IMG/VR virus record: IMGVR_UViG_3300045747_000505
Strand: one strand, 5' to 3'
Length of the DNA stretch: 64,000 bases
Source of the DNA: a virus
Taxonomy: Duplodnaviria > Caudoviricetes
The notes under the pieces are model-generated. The model searched no databases and was not told the DNA's origin. It worked only from the letters and a program-made list of their open reading frames with translations. Numbering within the stretch: the stretch's first letter is position 1; every line of letters begins with the position of its first letter. Position numbers and translations under genes: made by a program. Below, piece after piece: positions 1 to 9,766 of this stretch.

Positions 1-2332
1 TGCGCGGGTAGACGGAGCCGTCGGTGATCTGCGTTTCAGCGATGGAGATGGTTGTGTTGGTCACGCCAGTGACGCGACCCGTGAGGTCAGTCGTGAGGAC
101 CGGAACAGACGATGCGGAGCCGTAGGTGCCGGCGGCGCCTACGTTGGTGAGGCTCGCCGTGAGCGTGTTGCCGGCGTCGTCATAGGTGACGGTCACGCCG
201 TTGGAGCCGCTGAGGAAGGCGCCAACCGTGTCTTGAGTTGCCTCAGTGAAGTCAGTGATGACGGAGGCTGGGAATGAGATGCTGACCTCTTGAGCGGCGG
301 TGATGCGACCCTTGCCGTCGACGGTGAACTGACCGACCTTGGTGGCGGTGCCGAAGGTGCCGACGTTCGTGTTGACGGTTGGCAGCGTGGCGGTGATTGC
401 GGTGGTGCCAGAGCCAGAGACGTCGCCAGAGATGGTGATGGTCTCGTTGGTGGTGAGAAAGGTCGAGGTGTCGAGCGTCCAGGTATCCGCCGCAGTCTTC
501 TTGAGCAGACCGCTTGTGCCAGCCAGAGCGGCGATGGCTGTCAAGTCAGCGTCAAGTGGCTGAGCGTCGGTGATGCCCCAGCCAGCGAGCGTGGTTGCAC
601 GACGATCTGACAGGACCTGAACTGCGACGGTGCCGGCCGTGTTCATGACGAAGTGCAGCACCTCGTCGACGCTCATCTGATAGTTGGCACCACCGAGCAG
701 GCGAATGCTCGAGTTATGCGAAAGCGTGGTTTGGCCGTTCGAGCTGCGAACGTAGAATTCCTGGTTCGAGATGCCATTGGCGAAGCTGGTCACCGTGGTT
801 GCAGATGCGTTGCCGAATGTCAACAGACGCACGCCCTTGATGCTTGGCGTTGCGGTGAGCGATGACTCGCTGTTGCCGGTGGAAGCGAGGGCTAGATTGG
901 CAATCTGAATGAACTGGCCGGTGGCATCCAAGCGCAGGCGCTTGGTGGCATCTTCGGTCTCGATGTACAGGTCGTCGGTGTTGCCGTTGGTGAAGATGCT
1001 CCAAACCGAGGCGTCGGTGTTGTCAAGGAAGCGAACCTTCTTGCCATTCCAAAGAGCGATATCTTGTGAGAACTGAGCGCGAACGTTGGGCAGACCGAAC
1101 TTCGGCATGTCATCGCGGTCACCAACCATCACGACACCGCGGAAGTGACTTGACACAGCCTGATAGTCGCGAATGAATGTCCAATCAACACCACCGTCAT
1201 TGACCGTGCCAGTAGCGTGTGATGGCAGCGTGGCGCCAGTGGTGCCGGTGGAGGCAGCTTGATAGAGGTGGAAAGAGCCAAGGCAATAATCACCGGTGGT
1301 GATTGACATGCCAGTGCGCCAGCCGCCCTTCATTGGAGTGCGCCAAGCCGAGTCGCTGTAGTCGAAATAGTGGAGGTGCAGTGGGGTGGCGCTTCCAGCG
1401 GCACCGTCAGAGAAGCCGAACTGCATTGTTGGGAAGACGCCAAACTGGTTGGTGACACCCTTCATGCCGATGACGCCGATACCATTCGTGCCAGTTGTGG
1501 TGGCTGCGTCAGCAGCGTCGTAGGTCTTCGTGAAGAAGTTGAGAATGCGATAGCCGAGGGCGCCGTCAGCGTCATACGGGTCAAGCATCAGGTCGAGCTT
1601 TGAGGCGGTGCCGGTCACGTAGCCGTTTGGCTCGATGTGGACGCGGGTGGCTTGCGTGGCACGCGCATCGCGCACGAGCAGGTGACCACCACCGGCTTGA
1701 GTTGACTTGCCAATGCCGACGTTGGATGAGATGAGACGATTGCCAGCAACGTCGAGCACCGTGATGGCATTCGGGATTGTCACGGCTGAAAGGTCGAGCG
1801 AGCTGCCCTTCGGATTGACGATGCCACCAGCGCTGCTCAGCGAGGTCATGGCGGCTGTCCAAGCCGTGGCAGCGGAGCCTGAGGAGGTCAGCGTCCCGAA
1901 AGTCTTGAGATTGACCAAGCCGAGAATGTCCTCGACTGCGGTGGTGAAGTCATTGACCTGAGTCGACGCGATGTCGATGGTGGTGTTTGTGGCGGTGGTG
2001 ACACGGCCCTTGGTGTCAGTGCTGAACACTGGAACCGCAGAAGCCGAACCGTACGAGCCGCTGGTACCAACCGCTGCCAGCGTCAGGTCGTCTGTACCGC
2101 CGTTGATCGTGCCAGTCACGTCGCCAGTGATGGTGTACGTCGCCGTACCGCCACCGCTGCCAGACACGCTGATCCAGCTTTCGCCGTTGTAGACATAGAG
2201 GGCTTCGTTCGCACCATCGGTGCGGTAGAACAGCTCGCCTTCAGATGGAAGGTCTGGAAAGGCAGTGCCTGACGCGACGGTCATGTTGCTGATTGTGGAG
2301 CCTTCTTGAAGCTGAATGCCGAATGTTTTCAT
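1..2332 (-). CDS. Fibre-like virion structural protein, 3' end off the left edge; contains a CBM5/12-like motif and fibre shaft repeats
   Basis: Read by hand: ATG at 2332 (MKTFGIQLQEGSTIS...), frame open to position 2, so absent from the ORF track. Thr/Gly/Ala-rich; TTLAGWGITDAQPLDADLTAIAAL module shared with 43253-49066; TAAATA promoter upstream. Confidence 0.85.
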   Translation of the reverse strand, partial: MKTFGIQLQEGSTISNMTVASGTAFPDLPSEGELFYRTDGANEALYVYNGESWISVSGSGGGTATYTITGDVTGTINGGTDDLTLAAVGTSGSYGSASAVPVFSTDTKGRVTTATNTTIDIASTQVNDFTTAVEDILGLVNLKTFGTLTSSGSAATAWTAAMTSLSSAGGIVNPKGSSLDLSAVTIPNAITVLDVAGNRLISSNVGIGKSTQAGGGHLLVRDARATQATRVHIEPNGYVTGTASKLDLMLDPYDADGALGYRILNFFTKTYDAADAATTTGTNGIGVIGMKGVTNQFGVFPTMQFGFSDGAAGSATPLHLHYFDYSDSAWRTPMKGGWRTGMSITTGDYCLGSFHLYQAASTGTTGATLPSHATGTVNDGGVDWTFIRDYQAVSSHFRGVVMVGDRDDMPKFGLPNVRAQFSQDIALWNGKKVRFLDNTDASVWSIFTNGNTDDLYIETEDATKRLRLDATGQFIQIANLALASTGNSESSLTATPSIKGVRLLTFGNASATTVTSFANGISNQEFYVRSSNGQTTLSHNSSIRLLGGANYQMSVDEVLHFVMNTAGTVAVQVLSDRRATTLAGWGITDAQPLDADLTAIAALAGTSGLLKKTAADTWTLDTSTFLTTNETITISGDVSGSGTTAITATLPTVNTNVGTFGTATKVGQFTVDGKGRITAAQEVSISFPASVITDFTEATQDTVGAFLSGSNGVTVTYDDAGNTLTASLTNVGAAGTYGSASSVPVLTTDLTGRVTGVTNTTISIAETQITDGSVYPR

Positions 2333-2359
2333 TGTGTTCGCCTATCGATGAGGATGGTC

Positions 2360-2365
2360 TATTTA
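2360..2365 (-). promoter_or_regulatory. T4-type late promoter (TAAATA)
   Basis: ATAAATAG on the minus strand 28 nt upstream of ATG 2332. Confidence 0.7.
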
Positions 2366-2391
2366 TTGGATTCTGATTCTGGGGACAGGCA

Positions 2392-2397
2392 TAAATA
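2392..2397 (+). promoter_or_regulatory. T4-type late promoter (TAAATA)
   Basis: ATAAATAG upstream of GGAG RBS and ATG 2424. Confidence 0.7.
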
Positions 2398-2423
2398 GAA
2401 CACCAACATACCGGAGAACCCCG

Positions 2424-2714
2424 ATGTCGATCCTTCAAGAACTGCTCACAATCCTCGACGAATCCAAGATGGCTGAGAAGCATCAAGACCTGCAAGACGC
2501 CATCTGCGACGAGTTCAACCTCGAGGACACCGACAAGATGGTCGGCAAGATCATGGCCTATCTGACCGACAACGAAGAGGACGACGCGGTCGATGACTTC
2601 CTCTTCAGCCACTTCGAGAAAGACATGCCGTACGGCACGGCGAAGGCTCGCTCTGGCGACCCGAAGAACTGGATCGCCGACCACATGTCGCAGATCTTCA
2701 AGGACAAGTACTAA
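2424..2714 (+). CDS. Acidic hypothetical protein, candidate internal head protein
   Basis: 96 aa; GGAG RBS; late promoter; N-terminus MSILQELLTILDE. Confidence 0.75.
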   Translation: MSILQELLTILDESKMAEKHQDLQDAICDEFNLEDTDKMVGKIMAYLTDNEEDDAVDDFLFSHFEKDMPYGTAKARSGDPKNWIADHMSQIFKDKY

Positions 2715-2717
2715 GTC

Positions 2718-3818
2718 ATGATCACCTTCAAGCAATACCTGCTGCTGGAAGGCGGCAACGTTCAGATCGATGGCACCGAAGCCGAGCGCATCGACCTGAC
2801 GAAGCATGAGCGCAAGGTCGTTGTTGCGAAGGTCGACGCTGGCCTTGCCGCTATCAACAAGGCCTTTCAAAAGCAGATGGGCAAGCCAATCTGGAATGCA
2901 GAGCTGTTCGCCTCGAAGGCGTTTCTGTCTGGCTCAGCGTTCCACTTCTTCAACGGCAAGATTGACGACAAGACCTTCACGAAGGTCAAGAGCTCGGTCG
3001 GCGACATCGACACGCAGGTCGACAAGGAGCTTGACGCTCAGCTCAAGGAATTCCTCACGCAGAACAAGGGCAAGACCTTTGGTCCATTCACGCTCGTCGG
3101 CTTCAAGACCAGCGCTGGTCAGCACATCTCGCTGTGGCATCTCGACGAACCAAGCATCAACATTCAAGTTGACCTTGAGATGGTTGACTTCAATGAGAAG
3201 GGTCATCCGACCGAGTGGAGCAACTTCAGCCACTCAAGCGCTTGGGAGGACATGACGAAGGGCGTCAAGGGCGTCGCGCACAAGTATCTGCTGCGCGCTC
3301 TTGAAGCACCAAGCGTCAAGGATGTTGTCATCAAGGCGAAGACAGCGCGTGGCACCGACAAGGTCGTCAAGAGCTCGACGCACGCGTTCAGCGTGACGCA
3401 CGGGCGTCGTCAGAAGCTGAAGCCAGTCATGGACGAGAACGGCAAGCAGGTCATGGTTGACAAGATGCCGGCGTATCACGAGATGAGCACGAGCGAATCG
3501 AAGGGCACGACGAGCCTCGTCGAGATCTTCACGGCCTACTTTGGCCACGCACCAACTGCGGCTGAGGTCAAGAAGATGGGTAGCTTCACTGGGCTCATCG
3601 ACCTCATCAAGGCGAACCTCGACAAGATCGATTGGCAGAAGATCACCGACGGCTTCGGCAACACGCTGTGGGGTGGTGGCGCTCAAGGTCTGTATCGCGG
3701 TGACCCGGACAAGGACCGTGAGGAGAAGGACTCGATGTTCAAGGTGCTGCTCAAGGACCTCGGAACAAAGGACACCTTCGCCAATCAGCGTGAGGCTTTC
3801 TACAAGGCGTACAAGTGA
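2718..3818 (+). CDS. Pol-beta-superfamily nucleotidyltransferase-like protein
   Basis: 366 aa; LSGS...GDIDTQV and a later QVDLE fit the GS / DxD / third-Asp triad; N-terminus MITFKQYLLLE. Confidence 0.65.
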   Translation: MITFKQYLLLEGGNVQIDGTEAERIDLTKHERKVVVAKVDAGLAAINKAFQKQMGKPIWNAELFASKAFLSGSAFHFFNGKIDDKTFTKVKSSVGDIDTQVDKELDAQLKEFLTQNKGKTFGPFTLVGFKTSAGQHISLWHLDEPSINIQVDLEMVDFNEKGHPTEWSNFSHSSAWEDMTKGVKGVAHKYLLRALEAPSVKDVVIKAKTARGTDKVVKSSTHAFSVTHGRRQKLKPVMDENGKQVMVDKMPAYHEMSTSESKGTTSLVEIFTAYFGHAPTAAEVKKMGSFTGLIDLIKANLDKIDWQKITDGFGNTLWGGGAQGLYRGDPDKDREEKDSMFKVLLKDLGTKDTFANQREAFYKAYK

Positions 3819-4729
3819 TCACCTTCAAGCAATTCCTGCGTGAGGCCAGCGAGGTCGCCACGACCACGCGCAAGTCGATGATGCATCTGCAGGCAATGAA
3901 GCCGGTTGAGTTCGTTCAGTGGGCGCAATCGTTGCACAGCGACTTCAACGGCGTTCTCAAGGACCTGCGCGTCACGCTGAAGGTCGATGGTCTTGGTGCT
4001 CGCTTCGGCAAGGACAAGGACGGTCGCTTCTTCTTCGAGGGCAGTCGCACTGGTCCAGTGTTTGACGCCAAGGCGTTCAGCACCTACGTCTCATCGAAGG
4101 GTGGCAATGAGGAGAGCGTAGCTCGCGCTGGACACTACGACGACATGTTCGACCTGCTCAAGGGTTCGAAGCTGCTGAAGCTCGTGCCGAACAACGCTAA
4201 GGTCGTCTGCGAAATCTTCTACAACCCGATGGCGAAGGATGCTGGCGACGGTCACGTCTCGTTCGTCACGGTGAAGTACGACAAGTCAAAGCTCGGGAGA
4301 GTGATGACGCTCATTCCAATCAGCGTGCTGGACGCCTCATCTGGTGAGGTGCACGCTCAAGCTCGCGCCCTCCTGGACAAGCTCATTGGCGCCTCAACGC
4401 CAGACGTGAAGGTCATCGACGCTCGGCTGAAGGCGAGTGAGATTGACGTGAAGGCGTACATCAAGGACATGCTGAATCTTGGCGACCGTGAGCTCGCCGT
4501 CGTGAAGAGTCTGAAGGCCGCTGACAAGCCAGAGAAGACAGCCTTGCTCGCTGCGATTCAGCAGGCCAAGGACAAGCTTGCCGAGTACCTGTTGAACCAC
4601 AAGGGTATCGTCGGCAAGGACAAGCTCGGCAAGGACATCGAGGGCCTCGTGCTCTCAATCGGCGATCAGCCGATCAAGGTCACGACGCAAGAGTTCAAGG
4701 ACTCTAAGAAGAAGCCTGTCAGTACTTGA
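3815..4729 (+). CDS. ATP-dependent ligase-fold (KxDG) covalent nucleotidyltransferase-like protein
   Basis: 304 aa; motif I TLKVDG, III VCEIFY, IV IEGLVL, V IKV; GTGA overlap with the previous stop; N-terminus MITFKQFLRE. Confidence 0.65.
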   Translation: MITFKQFLREASEVATTTRKSMMHLQAMKPVEFVQWAQSLHSDFNGVLKDLRVTLKVDGLGARFGKDKDGRFFFEGSRTGPVFDAKAFSTYVSSKGGNEESVARAGHYDDMFDLLKGSKLLKLVPNNAKVVCEIFYNPMAKDAGDGHVSFVTVKYDKSKLGRVMTLIPISVLDASSGEVHAQARALLDKLIGASTPDVKVIDARLKASEIDVKAYIKDMLNLGDRELAVVKSLKAADKPEKTALLAAIQQAKDKLAEYLLNHKGIVGKDKLGKDIEGLVLSIGDQPIKVTTQEFKDSKKKPVST

Positions 4730-7700
4730 TGATTGGCAGCAAGGCCACGTTGCGTGGTCGAGTTTCTGTGCCACCAGTGGAATCAGTGGCTGCGGTTGCT
4801 GCGTTGCCGAAGTCTGTTCTATTTGGTGGCAGCACAGTACCGTTGATGTCGTTCATCGAGATTGCAAACGTTCGGGCACCACTAATCGTGTGCGCGTGGG
4901 TCTTGAACAAGTCGCTCTGCCAGCTGCCGATAACGCGTCCAGCATCAACACCACGCCCAAGGTCGGCACCGCGAATGAACTCACCACGCAGGTCTGGAAG
5001 TCCAAAGGTGGTCGAGTTGCCACCGTAGGTGTTGCCAATCGCCGCATACAACGCTGGATAGGACGCTGCGCTAAGCGCAGCACCATCACACACCAAATAG
5101 CCAGCCGGTGCTGAAGTTCCGCCATACCACGAGATCGTACCTGGAACAACTTGTGTAGCCGACAAGGCATTGATCTGCGATTGAAGACTTGTCACTGCCG
5201 CGTTGACCGCTGCAGTAATAGCAGCGCTGACCTGCGTTGGCGTCGAAACTTGATTGTTGGTCCAGTTCGACCCGCTCCACAGCAGACCGTCGCCAACGAC
5301 CTTGTTCGTGACGGCAACGTTCTCAAGGTCCTCGATTGCATCGTGCTGCGCAATGGCGTAGTTCACCTGACCGACAATGCGTGACGCGTCGGTCGTGACC
5401 TTGGCGAGCAGCACGCGAGAGAACGATGACGGCAGCTGCAACCCAGAGACTGTGACGTCAATGAGGCTACGGTCTGCCGCATTGCGAGCCGCATAGATGT
5501 AGTTGTCGGTGTTCGGTTGCAGCACAACAGACTGCGTCGCCATTGTTGAGTAGTAGCCGCCGAGGAAGATTGGGAATGCCGAGAGGTAGGCAACAAGACC
5601 AGTTGCGCTCTCCGTGGTAATCCACACCTCGTAGCGAGTTGCAGAGTGATTGAACCACTGGTCCTCAGTGAGCGGCGCTCCAACACCACGAACGTCGATA
5701 GACGAGCAGAAGAAGGCTGCATCAAAGACGCTGGTGGCTGTGTAGCGGTAGTAGCCGAGGGTAGTGCTGTAGCCGAACGTCGAGCCAGGGTAGCCACCAA
5801 CGTTGCCATACTTGCCTGGTCCAGTGCCAAGCGGCGCAAACTGCGACAGCGTGCCGTAGGTGACAGCGTTGGTGTTGATGTCGAAGCAGCCCCAGTACCA
5901 GAATGTTCCGCCAGTGACGCTGATGGAGAAGTTGAATAGAAAGCGACCATTCCCAGTGAGCAATGGGTGGCCAGACACTATGGTGATTGTGATGTTGTTG
6001 AGGGCGTCACCGCGGCTTGTCTTGCCAGCGTCGATTGGTACTTGAAACATGTTGCCGCTGACAATGGTCCAGTTGCCACCGACGTTCTTTGCCATGTAGG
6101 CCATGCCAGTAGTGTCGCGAACAACAGCCCACCAGACTGGCGTGATAGCATCGCCATTCCACGCCACGCAGTCTTGGTCAACAACGCCGGTCAGAGCGTC
6201 GATTGCCGACGGCACAATTGGCATTGTCACGCCAGTTGAGGTGAAGTTGCGAATCGAGCCGGTTGCTGTGATGGTATAGACGAGGCTGCCGCCATTGCAG
6301 AAGTAGTGTGTCGGCACGCCACCAATCACGACGGTGCCCATGTTACCAGCTCTGAAGTTAGAGTTCACTACGGCAGGCCAGGTAGTTCCAGAGACTGAGC
6401 CTGGATTGATGATTGCACCAGCGCTATCCAGCTTCAGCGTGTCATTGGTCACGCCAGCTTGAACAGATGAGAAGGACGAAGTGTCGAACGTTGTTTGAAC
6501 GTACACGTCGCCGTAGCGAGTGCTGTTCGTCCGCATCAGAATGTTGTTGCCAATGACGTGGCCGTGGTAGGTATAGAGGACCTTCGACCAAGGTGAGCCG
6601 TCTGGAATCGAGATGCCGCCACCAAGCGTGAACTGGCCAGCGAAGTTGGCGTTGCTGTCAAGCGTCTGATAGACGTGGCCAGCGTTGGCCTTGTAGCGAT
6701 AGACGTTATTCGCCGCGAGTGCAGCTGTGAATGAACCCTTGTAGGTGAACCACATGTCGCCAGAGTATTCGTCTGTAATGAGCGAACCGTTGGCGCCGCC
6801 AACGAAGGTAGAAGACATGCCGCCAGTCACGGTGCCCCACGTAGGGTCGCTCAGCATGTTGTAGCGATACGTTCCAGCCTTGGTCGGAATGTTGTTGACA
6901 ACGGTACCGACACCGCTATCAAGCCAAGTGCGTGGAATCGAAAATGAGATGTTGAGCCCGATGCCCTGCCCGATAGCGGCACCAGCGCTGCTGTCATAGG
7001 TGAAGTACGAGTTGAAGAGCTGATGGAATGTTTCGTTGAACGGATTCCAAGTGAAACCGTAGGTAACGCCAAGGCCGCTGTAGTTGATGAGACCAACATT
7101 GTTGTGCGTAAAGTTTGACACGCGGCCTGCGCCGGTCGTGTCAGACATGTCCGCCATCAACAAACTGTCATAGAGGTCAAGTGAGCGCAGCAGCGTCAGC
7201 GCAGCATCGTAGACGTTCAGAATGATTCTGTAGGTGCCGCCAGACGAACCAGTGCAGGTGTGAAGAATGCGGTCTCCACTCACCGTTGGTACTAGACCGA
7301 AGTTCGAGCCAGTGAAGGCGTTGGCAATTGTCGACACGTCGTAGGCAAAAGCCCAATCGTTGCAGTCGGATGACCCGTTGGTCTTGACGATGACGGTGCG
7401 AGTTTTCGTCAGCGGGAAGGCAATGGTGCCGAGCCACAGCACGGCACAGTTGGTGCCCATGTTGGTGATGGCATAGACCTTCTCGGTCTGCAGCGCGAAT
7501 GAGACGCTCACTGGGATGTTGTCATAAACCCAGGCATCGGCGTCAGAGTAGCGGTAGGCGCGATAGCAGAACACTGCGCCGACTGGCGTGTTCGTGTCGT
7601 AGAAGGCAACCTGTTTACCGTGGCGGTCGACCCACGTAAAGGTTCCTGTGTTCCAACGACCCTGTGAGAATGGAAAGTCGGCGTAGACCGGAACCTTGTT

Positions 7701-8531
7701 GTCCTTCAGCGTGCCGGCGAACGGCGAGAAGTTCAGATAGTCAGCGGTGTTGGTTTGAGTTGTGGTCAGCGCATCTGTGATGCCAAAGCCAGCAATCGTC
7801 GTCGGCTTGCTCGTGACATTAGTCCACGTGACGGCGTTAGCTACGCCAGCGGTCGTTGCGAAGGTCACAGATGCTGACACCGTAGAGTGCGCCACGTTCA
7901 GCGATGTGGCATTGACCCAGATTGGTGCGCCAGCGCCAGCCGATGCCAGCACCTGCCAGTTCTGAGCGATGCCGGTGCCTGAGGTTGCTGTGCCAGCCGC
8001 TGTGGTTGCGATGGCTGTTGCCGTTCCGTAGGCGACGCCACCAGCAGTGACGGTCGTGCTGTTCGTACCACCCTTGGCGATGCCGAGCGTGCCACCGATG
8101 CTGTTGATTGCCAGCTCGGCTTCATTGACGCTGAGAGTGAGGTTGAAGTCGGCCGTCGTGCCAGCGACGCTGGTGAAGGTCAGACCATTGCCCTCAAGTA
8201 GCGCTATATTGTTGTAGGCGCCGACCCCAGTACGATTGACAAAACCGAGCTTTGCCTGTGTAGACAAGGCATCCAGATTGACGCTCTGTGGTTCGAAGTA
8301 GGACGAAGCGTGTCCGCCAAGCGTAGCGGCATCTACACCAGCCGCTGTCGCGGTCTCCCACTTGTAGCCAGCCTGCTCACCAATTGTTCCGAAGTTCGAG
8401 TCGCTGGAGAATCGGTGAATGTGAAAGCCTGTGTCCACGCCCTGCGTGACGTAGAAGACCGAACCATCTGGGACCGAACCGGTCGGCGGTAGATTCGGGC
8501 CGTAGTTGACGATGGTGTTTGAGTTGCGCAT
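4719..8531 (-). CDS. Long tail fibre protein with C-terminal tail-collar domain
   Basis: 1270 aa; C-terminal VVPGTISWYGGTSAPAGYLVCDG...LPDLRGEFIRG...ETRPRNVALLPIIKY is a classic tail-collar/tip signature. Confidence 0.9.
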   Translation of the reverse strand: MRNSNTIVNYGPNLPPTGSVPDGSVFYVTQGVDTGFHIHRFSSDSNFGTIGEQAGYKWETATAAGVDAATLGGHASSYFEPQSVNLDALSTQAKLGFVNRTGVGAYNNIALLEGNGLTFTSVAGTTADFNLTLSVNEAELAINSIGGTLGIAKGGTNSTTVTAGGVAYGTATAIATTAAGTATSGTGIAQNWQVLASAGAGAPIWVNATSLNVAHSTVSASVTFATTAGVANAVTWTNVTSKPTTIAGFGITDALTTTQTNTADYLNFSPFAGTLKDNKVPVYADFPFSQGRWNTGTFTWVDRHGKQVAFYDTNTPVGAVFCYRAYRYSDADAWVYDNIPVSVSFALQTEKVYAITNMGTNCAVLWLGTIAFPLTKTRTVIVKTNGSSDCNDWAFAYDVSTIANAFTGSNFGLVPTVSGDRILHTCTGSSGGTYRIILNVYDAALTLLRSLDLYDSLLMADMSDTTGAGRVSNFTHNNVGLINYSGLGVTYGFTWNPFNETFHQLFNSYFTYDSSAGAAIGQGIGLNISFSIPRTWLDSGVGTVVNNIPTKAGTYRYNMLSDPTWGTVTGGMSSTFVGGANGSLITDEYSGDMWFTYKGSFTAALAANNVYRYKANAGHVYQTLDSNANFAGQFTLGGGISIPDGSPWSKVLYTYHGHVIGNNILMRTNSTRYGDVYVQTTFDTSSFSSVQAGVTNDTLKLDSAGAIINPGSVSGTTWPAVVNSNFRAGNMGTVVIGGVPTHYFCNGGSLVYTITATGSIRNFTSTGVTMPIVPSAIDALTGVVDQDCVAWNGDAITPVWWAVVRDTTGMAYMAKNVGGNWTIVSGNMFQVPIDAGKTSRGDALNNITITIVSGHPLLTGNGRFLFNFSISVTGGTFWYWGCFDINTNAVTYGTLSQFAPLGTGPGKYGNVGGYPGSTFGYSTTLGYYRYTATSVFDAAFFCSSIDVRGVGAPLTEDQWFNHSATRYEVWITTESATGLVAYLSAFPIFLGGYYSTMATQSVVLQPNTDNYIYAARNAADRSLIDVTVSGLQLPSSFSRVLLAKVTTDASRIVGQVNYAIAQHDAIEDLENVAVTNKVVGDGLLWSGSNWTNNQVSTPTQVSAAITAAVNAAVTSLQSQINALSATQVVPGTISWYGGTSAPAGYLVCDGAALSAASYPALYAAIGNTYGGNSTTFGLPDLRGEFIRGADLGRGVDAGRVIGSWQSDLFKTHAHTISGARTFAISMNDINGTVLPPNRTDFGNAATAATDSTGGTETRPRNVALLPIIKY

Positions 8532-8560
8532 GTGATTCTTTACAAGTGAAGGTTGCGTCG

Positions 8561-9766
8561 TTAGTTGGCAGGTGGTGGCGGTGTCAGGTCAGCGACGACG
8601 ATGGCGAAGTCTCTGAAGATTGCCGTCACAACAGGGCCTGAAGCGTGAGAGCCGACTGGGTGTTCAGTGAGAACGCACGAGGTGTGAAGCGTGTGCGTGC
8701 CGTCTGGAAGATTCGCAATGGTGATGTCCGGTCGGGCTGTGGTCATTCCAGTCGTTGACACGGTGACACCGCCACCTGCTGAGACGCTGACGTTCCAAAC
8801 GACGGTTGTTCTGACCGCTGTGGCCCGCGAAATGTACGACTCTTCCCAACCACCGAAGGCGTTGACCTCAAGTGGAATGGTTGCTGTCGCCACACCAGCA
8901 CCAGCGCTATCAAGCGAAACTAGACCATACGGCGCACCGCCAACTGCACTGTCGAATGGAATATAGATGTTGCCACGATAGAACGGATTGAAATTGGTTG
9001 TTGCGATAGCCTGACCCCAACGAACAATGACCATGCCGTTTGTGCCATTCTGCGGTGGAAGCGATGGCACTGAGTTTTCACCGCTGCGTCCTTCGCCACC
9101 TGCACCAGCGGCGCCAGTAACCGCATAGCCAGTTTGAACGCTGCCTGTGATTGTGTAACCGTTAATCACCTGACCGTTGCTTCGGCCAACGTTTCGGCTC
9201 TGGTTAACATTGGTGATGCAACCGTCTTGTCCGTTTGGCAGACCAGCGCGGCCATTGCCAAAGGTAAGCCATGGCGCGTGGAATGGAAACTCACCATTGT
9301 TGTCGCCCTGTCCAGTGTTGTTCGCCCAGTCCTCAATGGTGCCCTTGTCACCGTGGCCGCCACCGCCAGACATGCCGCCGCCCCAGCCGCCAGTGGCAAT
9401 GGTCGTCTCGAAGCCTGTGATTCTTGAGGTGCCACCACGACCACCAGTGTAGCGATTGCTGTTCAGCGGATTGAAGATGCCGTCATACGAACCAGAGGCA
9501 CCACCAGAGCCGACCACCACTGAGAGGACTTGTCCTGGCGTCACGGAGATGGTTTGAGTTGAGTAGCCGCCAGAGCCGCCAATACCACCTTGGTGTCCAT
9601 CGCCACCGTCCTTGTGCCCACCACCACCGCCACCACCACCAACGGTTGTAACGTTGAGCGTGGTGTAGCCAGCCGGCACAGTGAATAGGGCGGTGCCTGG
9701 CGCGGTGAAGGTCTGTGTCCCAGGAAGAGCGCGTCCACCACCGAGCAGCGTCTGTTGAACTCCCAT
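8561..9766 (-). CDS. Glycine-rich tail-fibre-associated protein
   Basis: Start reassigned to ATG 9766 (TAATG overlap with upstream stop); TFTAPG..FTVPAG.....VGGGGGGGG glycine-rich domain. Confidence 0.8.
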   Translation of the reverse strand: MGVQQTLLGGGRALPGTQTFTAPGTALFTVPAGYTTLNVTTVGGGGGGGGHKDGGDGHQGGIGGSGGYSTQTISVTPGQVLSVVVGSGGASGSYDGIFNPLNSNRYTGGRGGTSRITGFETTIATGGWGGGMSGGGGHGDKGTIEDWANNTGQGDNNGEFPFHAPWLTFGNGRAGLPNGQDGCITNVNQSRNVGRSNGQVINGYTITGSVQTGYAVTGAAGAGGEGRSGENSVPSLPPQNGTNGMVIVRWGQAIATTNFNPFYRGNIYIPFDSAVGGAPYGLVSLDSAGAGVATATIPLEVNAFGGWEESYISRATAVRTTVVWNVSVSAGGGVTVSTTGMTTARPDITIANLPDGTHTLHTSCVLTEHPVGSHASGPVVTAIFRDFAIVVADLTPPPPAN

